Of a stretch of 64,000 nt of DNA, positions 53,648 through 64,000 are shown piece after piece. Source of the DNA: a virus; the IMG/VR virus record IMGVR_UViG_3300042567_000108, positions 15,357-79,356 of that record. One strand, written 5' to 3'. Position numbers and translations under genes: made by a program. How positions within the stretch are numbered: position 1 is the first letter of the stretch; the number at the start of each line of letters is the position of its first letter. The notes beneath the pieces are model-generated. The model was not told the DNA's origin. It saw only the letters and a list, made by a program, of their open reading frames with translations, and ran no database searches.

Positions 53648-56600
53648 TGGACGTATGGAACCGTATTGGTGACCTTGTAAAAGGAACCAGGGACTGGGGT
53701 TTAGACATCGGTCTTGCAATTGCATCTCCAGCAAAATTTGCATGGGATATTGCAACAGCTCCATGGAATGACAGAAAAGAATACAACGGCTTTCTTAGTA
53801 CAGTAAAGCAAGCAACTATTGACCTAGGTAAGAATGCTTTACGCCCAATCGGTGGCGTTCTTGGTGCTATTGAAGCAACCAACCGCAACCTTATTCGCGA
53901 GCCACTTTCTGCTATAACATTGTTTGGTTCAAGCCGTGGCAAAGGTTCAATATCTGAAGAATGGAAAAAGGCCTGGGAAGCACGTAATGAAATTTCTTTT
54001 GGTCAGGCATTAACTGCACAATTCGGTCAGGCCGTCGGAGATTTCTTACCAGATGATTTAACTCCAAAGTTTATGGACTCTGACTTTGATATCTACGATG
54101 ACAAGCAACGCGAAGAAGCTTTTAGTAATAGCCTTATGGGTCGATTGACATCAGGTACTGTTGACACAATCACTCAGTTTGCTGGGGACGTTTCAATTAT
54201 CGGTGGAAAGTTTGTTGCAACAAAGCGTGCTGCAGATTCTGCTAAGGATGCAATCCTTGCACTTCGTGAGGTTCGTGCAGGTGCTCCAACAACTAGCAAG
54301 TTATCAGATAAGTACAATAGACTTGCTGAAGATTTCGCTAACAATGATATTGCTTGGGCGCAGAATCACCCTTGGATTAAGGGTAGCAACAATGAAGCTA
54401 CTGTTTCTTATTTATTGGGAACTGCTGCGACTAAAGAAGAAGCAGTCAACACAATGCTTGCAGTTATGGGCGACAAGAGCGGTATAGATATTCTTGATGA
54501 GTTGAAGCGCCCAGACATCGCTGCACCTTTGCGTATCGCAAATGGCGAGATGTCAATGAGCGATTACAAAGTTTTACTCAACGAAGAAGCAAAGTTAGTC
54601 GATGCTACAACTGATGATATGTTGCAGTTTGCCCTACGCACACCCGATGAGATTCAGGCTGACCGTGATTTTATTTCTGCATGGGCTAAGCATGACCGTT
54701 ATGTAGACACATTACTGGGAGTTTCAGAAACTCCAGCACTTGCAGAAGGTGCAGGTGGTTTATTCCAGGGTACAGGTCGTTTCCTTGCAACAGCACGCAG
54801 CCTACCATATCACTCAAATGCTGTAGCTGATGCACAAATTACAATGTATCAGCCGACACCGTTCCATAAATTGTACTACAAGGTAACTTGGGGACAAAAG
54901 GAACGTCCAAGTGGTGTAATTAATCTTAACGAAGGTGACTCAATCCGCGAGGTAACAGCAGTTACTGACCGTTTGATTCAGTTATCTAGGCCAGTGCCTA
55001 CAAAAGGTGCAGCTTTTATCACTCGTTTGCAAACTGGAACCTTTACGACTCAAGATGCCCTATCATACGTCGAACGATACGCTCGCGCAACAACACCAGA
55101 AGCGCGTGCTCGTGTCATTAATGACCTAGAGCAGACTGGCTACAGAATTGTTGCTGCCAAAAACGGCGTTTCTGAAGAACAGGCTGAACAACTTTTTAAT
55201 TATCACACACAATTGCGCGCTGGTAAACTACGTGAATCCAAAGAAGAAGGATTTATGTACGACCATGAACTTAATCAAATGATTAAGGTACCATTGTTTG
55301 AATCTCAAACAGCAAACTTTTTACCAATTGCAGATTTTGATTCAATTGATGCAATCATTAAAAGAAATGGCAGCACATTACGTGCAGTCGGCGGTAGTTT
55401 GCATGACACAATTGCAATAACATCTGACCTGTGGAAGGCTGCAGTTCTTCTGCGCCTTGGATATCCTATCCGCAACGCAGTTGACTCGCAGTTGCGCATC
55501 TGGGCTACAGTAGGTGCTATGGCTTCCTTGCGTCACGCAGGTGAAGGAATGAGAAATCTAGTTGACAATACTAGAACTGCCAAGAATCGCATGGTTGATA
55601 ATTATCAAGCGCCAACTAAGGTAGATTACAAGGCACTTAAAGATGAACTTCAAAAGAGTGGTGCAGAAATTGCACGCTTGTCAAAGGAAGTTGCTGGTCT
55701 TGAATCACGCATTGTACTAGAACCAGAAAATGCAGATTTAATCGGTGAATTAGTTGTAAAGCAAAAGTCACTAGATACAGCAAATGCTGCTTACGAGTCA
55801 AACAATGTGGCACTTACTAAGTTGGAACAATCAAAGGTTGCTTCACGCAAGAAGCGCATCGGCGAGCAGGACATTGAACTTACATCAACTGTCGATAGTC
55901 CAGACGGAACCAAGTACACAATCTGGGGTGCCTTTGGCGGCCCTAATGGTGGATTGTTCCGTGAGTTGAACTCATCACAGCAGACTTTCTATTCACTCCT
56001 TGAGGACTACTCTACCATTTATGGTGCAAACGTAGCAAGTAAGGGCCGTGGTGCTGTGCGTCCAGGCGATGTTAACTACTACCAAGAGTGGACAAATGCC
56101 ATTAATGAGACATTTGCTAATGCTGCAGTTCCTCGTGGACTTATGGCTGGCAAGAGTGTTGATGAAGTAGCAAAGGAACTTGCAGACAACAAAGAACTTC
56201 GTGCTCGCTTGGGTATTGCCCGTGCCGACTCACTTGAGTATGTTGTTACAGCGCAGAAGTTCTTAGACAACTACATACCTGACGGTTACGGCATACGTGA
56301 GAAGATTATGTCAGCGCTTCCTGGAGAAGAAGTTGGCAAGGTAACAGAAGATTTCCTCCGTAATGCAGTACGTGACCCTAATGCACTACCTATTGTGCAC
56401 GGTCATTTACTGGATGCTAACATGAATCTTAGGCCACGGGCTGTTACTAGACAAATTACATCATCATTGTTTAAGTATCTAGCGCAAATACCTGAAGATA
56501 ACTGGGCACGTCATCCATTGTTCATTGACCTATATGAGAAGTCTATTCAGAAGCGTCTTGAGACGGCAGAGTTCTTAAAGGGTGGAACATTTACTCGTGA

Positions 56601-58260
56601 AGAGTTCGCTGACCTACAATACAACTTAACTGCAGGTGCACGAGCAGATGCTCTTAAAGGTGTAAAGGGAATCCTTTATAACGTAGAACGTCGCTCAAAT
56701 GCTGCACATATGCTACGCTTTGTATCACCATTTTTCTCTGCACAAGAGAATGCAATTAAGACATGGTTCGGAATTGCTATGGACAACCCTACTATTCTTA
56801 ACCGTGCTAACATTATATGGAATGCACCTGAGCGTTCAGGTCTAATTACCGATGAAAAGGGTGAGCCAGTCCCACCAGGACAGACACTAAACCCTAACAA
56901 CACAATGTGGCTTCCTGTGCCTAAGGCATTAAAGAAACTTCCTATCATTGGTGAGGGGCTATCGTCACTTGACCAGATAGGTATTAGTAAGCGAAGCCTT
57001 GATGTTATGTTCCAGGGTAATCCGTTTGGCGTATCTGTCGGACCATTCGCTGCAATTCCTGTAGCAAATGTTTTGAAGTTAAAGCCAGAATTATCTGAAG
57101 TAGTATCGTTTGCATTCCCATACGGACCTGATGCATCACTATCTCAGTTCCTACCTACATGGATGCGCAACTCTTTGAAGGCTGTACAAGGCCAAAACAA
57201 CGATGACTATGCTAAGACATATCAACTTATCTGGTTAACGGAACAGCAAAAGGCTCAAGAAGCTGGTACTGCCTATCTTACAGATGGAGAGATTAAGAAG
57301 AAGACTGACGCATTCTACAAGATGCGTGTAGCTGCTAACTTAATCCTACCATTTGCACCACAATTCGAAAGCCCTTACCGTTTCTATATGGATAAGTGGC
57401 GTGAATACAGCCAGACTTATGGCTTGGGTGCAGATGCTAAGTTCCTTGAAGATTATCCTGAGTACTTCGGATTTGCTACATCTTTGTCTAAGAACCCTAC
57501 AGGTTCACAGGCTACAATGGATGATGTACAGAATGCTAAGCGTTATACAGACTTAATCGCTGACGTAAAGGGTGATAACTCATACCTTATTGGCCTAATT
57601 ACCAAGGGTTCAGGTGCTGCCAAGTTTAATCCTACAGCATACTGGTGGCAATCAGAGACATCTATTTCACCAGGAAGTTCCGAGAAGTACCGCGGTAAGC
57701 AAGACCCTCAAGAAGCACAGCAACAGAATGCTGCTCGTGAAGGCTGGGCTAAGTACCGCCGTGCCATGGCAGTTCTTGATGCACACCTTGACAAGCGTGG
57801 ACTTACATCACTACAACAGGCAGGTGCTGAAGACTTGGCCGCTGCGAAGCAGGCTATCGTTAAGCAACTAGCATCTGAAATTGACCCAGTTACAGGTCAG
57901 CCAACAGGCTCACCTAGTGCATGGTACCAAGACTACCGTGATGTTGATGGCACAAAGGGTGCAAAGACAATCATTGGATTCAAGAAGATTCTTGCTAATG
58001 AGAAGTTCATGGCAGATAATGCTGATGACCCTACATGGAAATCAGTTGCTGTATATATGAAGGCAAGAGATGCAGTTGCAGCAAGATTACGTGGACGAGC
58101 ATCTAATAATATCGATGCTAAAGATAACATAGATTTGCGTATAATTCTTGACTACTATGTTAACCAACTTAAAGCTGGTGATTTAGAGTTTGCTAATATC
58201 TATGACAGATTCTTATCACAAGATAGAATCTATGACAAATATCTAGGTTCAGGACTATAG
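53647..58260 (+). CDS. Large internal virion/ejection protein
   Basis: 1537 aa, syntenic with 13517..18625. Confidence 0.6.
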   Translation: MDVWNRIGDLVKGTRDWGLDIGLAIASPAKFAWDIATAPWNDRKEYNGFLSTVKQATIDLGKNALRPIGGVLGAIEATNRNLIREPLSAITLFGSSRGKGSISEEWKKAWEARNEISFGQALTAQFGQAVGDFLPDDLTPKFMDSDFDIYDDKQREEAFSNSLMGRLTSGTVDTITQFAGDVSIIGGKFVATKRAADSAKDAILALREVRAGAPTTSKLSDKYNRLAEDFANNDIAWAQNHPWIKGSNNEATVSYLLGTAATKEEAVNTMLAVMGDKSGIDILDELKRPDIAAPLRIANGEMSMSDYKVLLNEEAKLVDATTDDMLQFALRTPDEIQADRDFISAWAKHDRYVDTLLGVSETPALAEGAGGLFQGTGRFLATARSLPYHSNAVADAQITMYQPTPFHKLYYKVTWGQKERPSGVINLNEGDSIREVTAVTDRLIQLSRPVPTKGAAFITRLQTGTFTTQDALSYVERYARATTPEARARVINDLEQTGYRIVAAKNGVSEEQAEQLFNYHTQLRAGKLRESKEEGFMYDHELNQMIKVPLFESQTANFLPIADFDSIDAIIKRNGSTLRAVGGSLHDTIAITSDLWKAAVLLRLGYPIRNAVDSQLRIWATVGAMASLRHAGEGMRNLVDNTRTAKNRMVDNYQAPTKVDYKALKDELQKSGAEIARLSKEVAGLESRIVLEPENADLIGELVVKQKSLDTANAAYESNNVALTKLEQSKVASRKKRIGEQDIELTSTVDSPDGTKYTIWGAFGGPNGGLFRELNSSQQTFYSLLEDYSTIYGANVASKGRGAVRPGDVNYYQEWTNAINETFANAAVPRGLMAGKSVDEVAKELADNKELRARLGIARADSLEYVVTAQKFLDNYIPDGYGIREKIMSALPGEEVGKVTEDFLRNAVRDPNALPIVHGHLLDANMNLRPRAVTRQITSSLFKYLAQIPEDNWARHPLFIDLYEKSIQKRLETAEFLKGGTFTREEFADLQYNLTAGARADALKGVKGILYNVERRSNAAHMLRFVSPFFSAQENAIKTWFGIAMDNPTILNRANIIWNAPERSGLITDEKGEPVPPGQTLNPNNTMWLPVPKALKKLPIIGEGLSSLDQIGISKRSLDVMFQGNPFGVSVGPFAAIPVANVLKLKPELSEVVSFAFPYGPDASLSQFLPTWMRNSLKAVQGQNNDDYAKTYQLIWLTEQQKAQEAGTAYLTDGEIKKKTDAFYKMRVAANLILPFAPQFESPYRFYMDKWREYSQTYGLGADAKFLEDYPEYFGFATSLSKNPTGSQATMDDVQNAKRYTDLIADVKGDNSYLIGLITKGSGAAKFNPTAYWWQSETSISPGSSEKYRGKQDPQEAQQQNAAREGWAKYRRAMAVLDAHLDKRGLTSLQQAGAEDLAAAKQAIVKQLASEIDPVTGQPTGSPSAWYQDYRDVDGTKGAKTIIGFKKILANEKFMADNADDPTWKSVAVYMKARDAVAARLRGRASNNIDAKDNIDLRIILDYYVNQLKAGDLEFANIYDRFLSQDRIYDKYLGSGL

Positions 58261-58309
58261 TAATCATGTTTTACCAACAAACATTTAATAGCAATGGAAA
58301 AGGTTTATA

Positions 58310-59578
58310 ATGGCTGGAGATTCATCAAAACTTGGACCAGATTCCAAGGGATATGTAATTGACACAGTAACGGGTAAGAGAGCCAACGGTGAATACAAAA
58401 ATCCACGCACTGGTATCGTATCCTATTACAGTGATGGCCTTCCAGCAAATGCTGATGGAGTCCCAGTTAGACTTAGTTTTAATCCAGATGGCACTATAAA
58501 GTCTACACCATTGCAAACACCCTCATTAGCGCCTAAACCAAAACCAACTGGCTCTACATCATCAAGCAGTACAGAAAAGTTGCTTGCTGAAAAAAAGGAA
58601 TTAACAGCAAGAATTGCTGCTAATTCTAAAGTAGATATTACTGCAAATACTGCAGCGGAACGTATTGCTTCTATGGAGGCTACAAAAGCAGACCGTGCTA
58701 GACTGGCTGAGATTAATCGTCAATTAGCAGGAGAAGCCAAGACTCCACCAAAGTCTGATAAACCTGTACCTTCGCTTAAGGGACCAGCCCTTGCACCGAA
58801 TGCACCTGTCGGTATTACTGATGATTTAGCTGCAGACCTTAGAGCAGCCACTGGTCTTGACATGAATGACCCATCTGTATGGGCAGCAGGAGCAGCTGGA
58901 AGTACAGCGTTTGTATATACTGGAGAAGTTAATGACCCTACAAAAGGATTAACTTTTAAGGATGGCAAACCAGTATCATCAGTTACACCTACATTAAAGT
59001 TGGCTTCAAATTATGCGGCTGACTTTTGGAATAACCAGGATTTACAGAATAGAATTATTGGTGCATATGCTGCCAAAGGCAAAACTATTAGCACTGTAGA
59101 GGCATACGGTTTATGGTCACAACTAGTGACAACTGCAGCTACAATCTATCAAGGTGGGCGTGGACCTAAGGTTACTCCACTTCAGTTACTAAATGATTCA
59201 TTAAAGTCTGTAAAGGGAGATGAGCCAACTCTTCCAACTCGTTCTATTTCAGAGTTAGACAAGGTTAAAACATTCGAAGCATTAGACCAATGGGGTCTCA
59301 GTAAGATTGGTCAGAAGCTAGATGCCACCCAAAAAGAAGAACTGTTTGACCTACTTAACAAGGCCAACACTGGTACTCTTACTACCTACAAGAAGGTTAA
59401 GAACAAGAAGACTGGAAAGTTGGAGAATGTACAGGTTACTACACCTGGTCTTACTGCTGAAGCATCTGAAGCAATTGTTGAAAAGAAACTTAAGGAATCA
59501 AATCCTGAGGAATTCGAACGCCGCAAGGGATTTGAGTTTATGAAAGATATGACTAGTATCTTGTCTGGAGGTCTATAA
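58310..59578 (+). CDS. Internal virion protein
   Basis: Syntenic with the N-terminal part of 18625..20229. Confidence 0.55.
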   Translation: MAGDSSKLGPDSKGYVIDTVTGKRANGEYKNPRTGIVSYYSDGLPANADGVPVRLSFNPDGTIKSTPLQTPSLAPKPKPTGSTSSSSTEKLLAEKKELTARIAANSKVDITANTAAERIASMEATKADRARLAEINRQLAGEAKTPPKSDKPVPSLKGPALAPNAPVGITDDLAADLRAATGLDMNDPSVWAAGAAGSTAFVYTGEVNDPTKGLTFKDGKPVSSVTPTLKLASNYAADFWNNQDLQNRIIGAYAAKGKTISTVEAYGLWSQLVTTAATIYQGGRGPKVTPLQLLNDSLKSVKGDEPTLPTRSISELDKVKTFEALDQWGLSKIGQKLDATQKEELFDLLNKANTGTLTTYKKVKNKKTGKLENVQVTTPGLTAEASEAIVEKKLKESNPEEFERRKGFEFMKDMTSILSGGL

Positions 59579-60435
59579 TGGCTATTAGCGACAACGATGC
59601 TACCGTAGCAGAACAACTTCAAATGATTCTTGCTCTCAAGGCTACTGACCCAGACCTTGAGAAAGCATGGCAGGCATATCTTAAAGGGGACATGGACGGC
59701 TTCCGTTCTTTCGTTTTAGGAAGTGCATTCTACCGAAACAATAACTCTATTGCTCGTACCAGACAAACTGCGGCGACTAATCAGCCTGGCGTATATGCAC
59801 AAGACTTAAATGCATACAAGGTAAAGTCAAAGAAGCGTTTGATTCAGCAAGGTATTCAATGGACACCTGGTGTTGAAAAGCAAGTAGAAATTGGTTACCA
59901 GAGTGGTATGAGTGAAGACCAGGTTGACCAGTTAATTGTCAAGTCTGGCTCTATGGGCAAACTTGGTGGAAGCACCATGAGTTCCGTATCGGCATTGCAA
60001 TCATTCGCTAACGCCTACGGCGTTGGCAACCTACTAAACACTGCATATTGGGATACAAAGTCGACAGCATTATTTGCTGGTGAGACTACAACAGACGATA
60101 TCATGAATGATATTAAGAATCTTTCCGCTAGCGCATACCCTGCATATGCAGAAGGAATCAAGAATAACGTATCTTTGTCAGCCCTTGCATCTAACGTAAC
60201 ATCTTCAGTAGCTAACATTCTAGAACTAGACCCAGATACAGTAGACTTTAATAATCCTTTGGTTAAAAGAATCATGGGTTACATTAACCCTACTACTGGC
60301 AAGCAAGAGATAATGCCACAATGGATGGTTGACAAGACAATCAAGAGTTCACCTGACTGGGTATATACAAACAATGCACGTAACACTATTGATTCACTTA
60401 CTACTAAAGTATTCAGCGATTGGGGTCTGATGTAA
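59578..60435 (+). CDS. Internal virion protein
   Basis: C-terminus (PDWVYTNNARN) matches 18625..20229 (PLWRQTDEARD). Confidence 0.55.
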   Translation: MAISDNDATVAEQLQMILALKATDPDLEKAWQAYLKGDMDGFRSFVLGSAFYRNNNSIARTRQTAATNQPGVYAQDLNAYKVKSKKRLIQQGIQWTPGVEKQVEIGYQSGMSEDQVDQLIVKSGSMGKLGGSTMSSVSALQSFANAYGVGNLLNTAYWDTKSTALFAGETTTDDIMNDIKNLSASAYPAYAEGIKNNVSLSALASNVTSSVANILELDPDTVDFNNPLVKRIMGYINPTTGKQEIMPQWMVDKTIKSSPDWVYTNNARNTIDSLTTKVFSDWGLM

Positions 60436-61829
60436 TGAGATACAATCCAGAATTAATGATGGTTGATGGTGAAGGTGGCGGTGTACCCAATAACCCTACG
60501 CTAACTCCAGCACAGATGCAAACAGCTGTTAGAAAACTAGGAGCAGGTCAGCCATTAACTGATGCTGAAAAAATTGCATTAGGTGTTCCAGTAAGCGTAA
60601 GCCCTGCTGCTGCACCAAGTGAAGTTCTAAGTGGACCAGTGGGCATGGACGACCCACGTTACTACACAATGAAGGTCGGCTCAACTGGTAAAACCTCTGC
60701 ACAATTGGCAGCATTTGAGAATGCTACTAATACTGCTACAGTAATTAACCAAAACGTGCCTGGATATAAGTCAACTGTAGACCCAATAACTGGTCAAGTA
60801 ACTACCAAAAAGACCACAACCGCTACCCCACCACCTCCTCCAGGAGTTGTACCAAATGCTCCGTCACCGCAAACTATTATTAATAACATAACTGACCCTG
60901 CTGTACTTGCTCTGATTCAATCATTAAATTCTCAAATTGCTAACTTATCTAATGCAAACAAAACAGCCGCAGACTTAGCGGCAGCTGAGAAGAAAGCTGC
61001 AGCAGAGACTACACGTAAGAATGCTATAGATGTTCTTACTGAGCGCTTTCAGCGTTATGGTCTAGGCAGTCTTGTTAATAAGATTAAAGAACTAGCAATT
61101 GATGGCGCAACTGAAGCAACGATTACATTAGGCTTGCAAGAGACTCAAGAGTACAAGACGCGCTTCAAGGCAAATGAAGCACGCATTAAGAAGGGCTTAG
61201 CAGTTCTTAATCCTGGAGAGTACCTTAATGTTGAAGATGGCTATCGCCAGGTTCTACGTGCGTATGGACTCAAGCAGTTTGATACTGATGATTATGTATC
61301 TCAGTTCATCGCTAATGACGTATCTGCTGCAGAACTTTCTAACCGTGTGGTTACAGCAGTACAGCGTGTACAGAATGCTGACCCTGCTATCTCACAGCAA
61401 CTACGTGATTTCTATGGCATTGGCCAAGCAGACCTAGTTGCTTATGTACTAGACCCTAACCAGCAGTTCCAGAAGATTGAACGTCAGGTTGCAGCATCTG
61501 AAATTGGTGTAGCAGCGGCACGTCAAGGGCTAAAGACTGGTGTATCAGTTGCTGAACAACTAGCAGCACAAGGTGTTACACAGGCAGAAGCACAAAAGGG
61601 TTACGCAACTATTGCAGATATCCTTCCAACTGCTGAGAAACTATCTGATATCTATGGCACAACTCTTGATAGTTATGGCCAGACAGAAGCTGAGCAAGAG
61701 GTATTTAATAGTCTAGCATCAGCACAACGTAAGCGTCAAAAACTTACACAACGTGAAATTGCATCCTTTAGTGGTGCAGCAGGCACGAACAAAACAAGTC
61801 TTACTACATCTGCAGTAGGACAATTCTAG
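60435..61829 (+). CDS. Internal virion protein
   Basis: Homolog of 20229..21527; start at TAATG. Confidence 0.6.
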   Translation: MRYNPELMMVDGEGGGVPNNPTLTPAQMQTAVRKLGAGQPLTDAEKIALGVPVSVSPAAAPSEVLSGPVGMDDPRYYTMKVGSTGKTSAQLAAFENATNTATVINQNVPGYKSTVDPITGQVTTKKTTTATPPPPPGVVPNAPSPQTIINNITDPAVLALIQSLNSQIANLSNANKTAADLAAAEKKAAAETTRKNAIDVLTERFQRYGLGSLVNKIKELAIDGATEATITLGLQETQEYKTRFKANEARIKKGLAVLNPGEYLNVEDGYRQVLRAYGLKQFDTDDYVSQFIANDVSAAELSNRVVTAVQRVQNADPAISQQLRDFYGIGQADLVAYVLDPNQQFQKIERQVAASEIGVAAARQGLKTGVSVAEQLAAQGVTQAEAQKGYATIADILPTAEKLSDIYGTTLDSYGQTEAEQEVFNSLASAQRKRQKLTQREIASFSGAAGTNKTSLTTSAVGQF

Positions 61830-61917
61830 AATCCTGAACGGACCTATCGGCCCCGTCAGAGTAATAGACCGATAGTAGGAGCCAGCCAATTTCCCCGAAT
61901 TGAACTGTGGCCTGCGA
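61827..61917 (+). ncRNA. Candidate structured cis-regulatory RNA in the scaffold leader, copy B
   Basis: Covarying homolog of 21532..21625. Confidence 0.65.
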
Positions 61918-61946
61918 ACTAACAACGAATAGAAGGGTGGGTTGCT

Positions 61947-62420
61947 ATGAGCAACAACTACTGGGACGACGAAGACGAAGACCAAGATACCGACACAGAT
62001 ACACATATGGACGGCAGTGACTTACTTAAAAAGTTACGTAAAGCCAAGCGTGCAGATGAAAAGCGTATTAAGGAACTCACTGAGCAACTTGAGGGATTTT
62101 CCAAGGCGCAGCGTGAGTCTACCGTTAAGTCAGTACTAGAAAAGAAGGGTGTAAACCAAAAGGCAGCACGTCTAATCCTTAAGGATTTAGATGGAGATTT
62201 CTCTGAAGAATCAGTTTCTAACTGGCTCAACGATAACGGCGAACTATTTGGTTTAGAAGTATCAAACAGACCTGACGAACAAAACCTAGCGACGCTACGT
62301 CAGCAGGACGTCATGACTCAAAATGCTTCCACCCCAGACAGAGCACAGGACTTAGAGCAACGCATGGATAATGCAAACTCTATGGAGGAACTCCTCACCC
62401 TGATGCAGTCACAACAATAA
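61947..62420 (+). CDS. Capsid scaffolding protein
   Basis: MSNNYWD..LRKAKRADEKRIKELTEQLE. Confidence 0.75.
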   Translation: MSNNYWDDEDEDQDTDTDTHMDGSDLLKKLRKAKRADEKRIKELTEQLEGFSKAQRESTVKSVLEKKGVNQKAARLILKDLDGDFSEESVSNWLNDNGELFGLEVSNRPDEQNLATLRQQDVMTQNASTPDRAQDLEQRMDNANSMEELLTLMQSQQ

Positions 62421-62451
62421 TATCCGTTCATAGTCAAGGAGACTAAAAGAA

Positions 62452-63654
62452 ATGCCTAACGCATATACAGATACGTCGAGCACATCATTCGGCGGTACAG
62501 TAGGCGGCGCAGGCCTCGTACAGAAGGCATATGACCGCCTTCTCGAGTTCGCTCTCCGTTCAGAACCCCTAATTCGTTCTGTCGCAGATAAGCGCCCCGC
62601 ACGTCAAGCAATCCCAGGTTCAACTGTAGTTCTACAGAAGTACGTTGACCTAGACACAAAGACATCTACTCTAACAGAAACAGTTGACCCAGATGCAGTA
62701 GCATTGTCAACACCAACATCTGTTACAGTAACACTTAACGAGTACGGTAACGCTGTACTTGTAACACGCGCATTGGAACTATTCTCTCTAGCAGATGTAG
62801 ACCCAGCAATCGCAAACATCATTGCATACAACCTAGCCGATTCTATCGACGTAGTTGCAATGAACACACTTCGCTCAGGCTCAAACAACATCTTCGCAGG
62901 CAATGCAACAGCAACTGCTAACGTAGATGCAGCCGATACACTAGACTCAGCAGACATCCGCAAGGCTGTTGCTAAGCTACGTTCTAACAAGGCTAAGGGC
63001 CGTCGCGGAAATGCATACTGGGTTGGTATCCACCCAGAAGTTTCACACGACCTTCGTGCAGAAACAGGCGACCTTGGATGGCGCTACCCACAGTCACAGT
63101 CTGCTTCAGAAGCAAGCAAGATTTGGGCTGGAGAAATCGGTGAGTACGAAGGCGCATTCTTCGTAGAGTCATCACGTCTGTACAACGCTAAGACAGGTGC
63201 AGACCAGTCAGCATTGGCAACAACAGCAGTAACAGTAGCAGGAACATCAGCTGGATTCACATTCGGCGTTGCTTCATCTGCAGTTATCGCAACACGCGCT
63301 GAAGTTGGTGACAAGATTGCAGGAACAGGTATCGCTTCAGGTGCTAAGATTACTGCTATCACTACATCAGGTTCAACAACTACATTTACTGTAGACACAG
63401 CAAACACAGCAGCAGTAACAGTTTCAACAACTGTAACTGTAACACCAGTAACACGTGTCTTCGACACAATCGTTGCAGGTTCACAGGCAATGGCAGAAGC
63501 TGTAGCTGAAGAGCCACACGTAGTTATCGGTAACGTAACTGATAAGTTGATGCGCTTCCGCCCAATGGGTTGGTACGGCGTACTTGGCTTCGCAGTATAC
63601 CGTGACGAGGCTCTATACCGAATCACATCAGGTTCATCAATCGCTGCTCTCTAG
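62452..63654 (+). CDS. Major capsid protein (N4-gp56-like) with Ser/Thr-rich insertion
   Basis: Close homolog of 22170..23366. Confidence 0.9.
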   Translation: MPNAYTDTSSTSFGGTVGGAGLVQKAYDRLLEFALRSEPLIRSVADKRPARQAIPGSTVVLQKYVDLDTKTSTLTETVDPDAVALSTPTSVTVTLNEYGNAVLVTRALELFSLADVDPAIANIIAYNLADSIDVVAMNTLRSGSNNIFAGNATATANVDAADTLDSADIRKAVAKLRSNKAKGRRGNAYWVGIHPEVSHDLRAETGDLGWRYPQSQSASEASKIWAGEIGEYEGAFFVESSRLYNAKTGADQSALATTAVTVAGTSAGFTFGVASSAVIATRAEVGDKIAGTGIASGAKITAITTSGSTTTFTVDTANTAAVTVSTTVTVTPVTRVFDTIVAGSQAMAEAVAEEPHVVIGNVTDKLMRFRPMGWYGVLGFAVYRDEALYRITSGSSIAAL

Positions 63655-63706
63655 TAGTTAATTGACTGCAGGGCTAGGGAAACCTAGCCTTGTGGTGAGT
63701 CCACTA
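63655..63706 (+). ncRNA. Conserved post-capsid hairpin, copy B
   Basis: TAGTTAATTGAC..stem, GAAA loop..GTGAGTCCACTA. Confidence 0.55.
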
Positions 63707-63717
63707 AAGGAGGAGTC

Positions 63718-63987
63718 ATGACAGATTACATCTTCGAGACACCAACTGTCGATGAAGGCTTTGAAGGAGTTCAACGACTCTTTACATTCTATAAGTTAAC
63801 ACGTGGCATTAGTATCATCAGAGTTAATGGAACTTACCGTCAGGTGCGTTATCCATACGATGGTGACTTAGATACTTACCAAGAAGTATACCTTGGTGGT
63901 AGCAAGTATACTGTAGATGATGCAACTCGTGAGGCACTAATCAACGGAAACGTTGGAGTAACGACAGATAACTTTACAGCAATATAG
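63718..63987 (+). CDS. Small virion-associated protein
   Basis: Homolog of 23438..23698. Confidence 0.7.
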   Translation: MTDYIFETPTVDEGFEGVQRLFTFYKLTRGISIIRVNGTYRQVRYPYDGDLDTYQEVYLGGSKYTVDDATREALINGNVGVTTDNFTAI

Positions 63988-64000
63988 GGGACATATGGGA

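Larger units (their letters stand above)
34894..64000. mobile_element. Phage genome B (partial; left boundary approximate)
   Basis: Second helicase, resolvase, SLT, terminase, portal, scaffold and capsid homologous to genome A; AGCT present. Confidence 0.75.

Noticed and set aside
1-64000. Single large phage with two functional capsid systems
   Set aside because: Replication and early genes are also duplicated and k-mer avoidance changes mid-window; two joined genomes is more parsimonious, pending read data.

Overview
The window is bacteriophage DNA. It appears to hold two related but distinct short-tailed (podovirus-like) actinobacteriophage genomes joined in tandem. WhiB, a DUF4192-like gene and the moderate GC suggest a freshwater low-GC Actinobacteria host (inference). 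Genome A (1 to ~32-35 kb) has a minus-strand early/replication arm (resolvase, DnaB/RecA-like helicase, PD-(D/E)XK nuclease, DUF932, SLT, SSB), then a plus-strand virion operon (terminase, portal, internal proteins, scaffold, N4-gp56-type capsid, basic microproteins, tail, glycosyltransferase). Genome B supplies the lysis genes and a plus-strand replication module (split Cas4/AddB-like nuclease, helicase, resolvase, split primase, sigma-like factor). It also has a minus-strand early arm (WhiB, GATase plus amidoligase, five tandem sigma-A promoters) and a second homologous virion operon that runs off the window end. By eye, AGCT is absent from 1-34,893 and recurs afterwards, which puts the A/B join in or just upstream of the tail-nozzle gene. 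The two homologous copies expose conserved non-coding elements by covariation. The best is a ~90-nt pseudoknotted structured RNA in the scaffold-gene leader; others are a post-capsid hairpin, a spacing-conserved pre-terminase cis block, mini tRNA-elbow-like elements and compact H-type pseudoknots. All motif counts and family assignments were made by eye, without tools.
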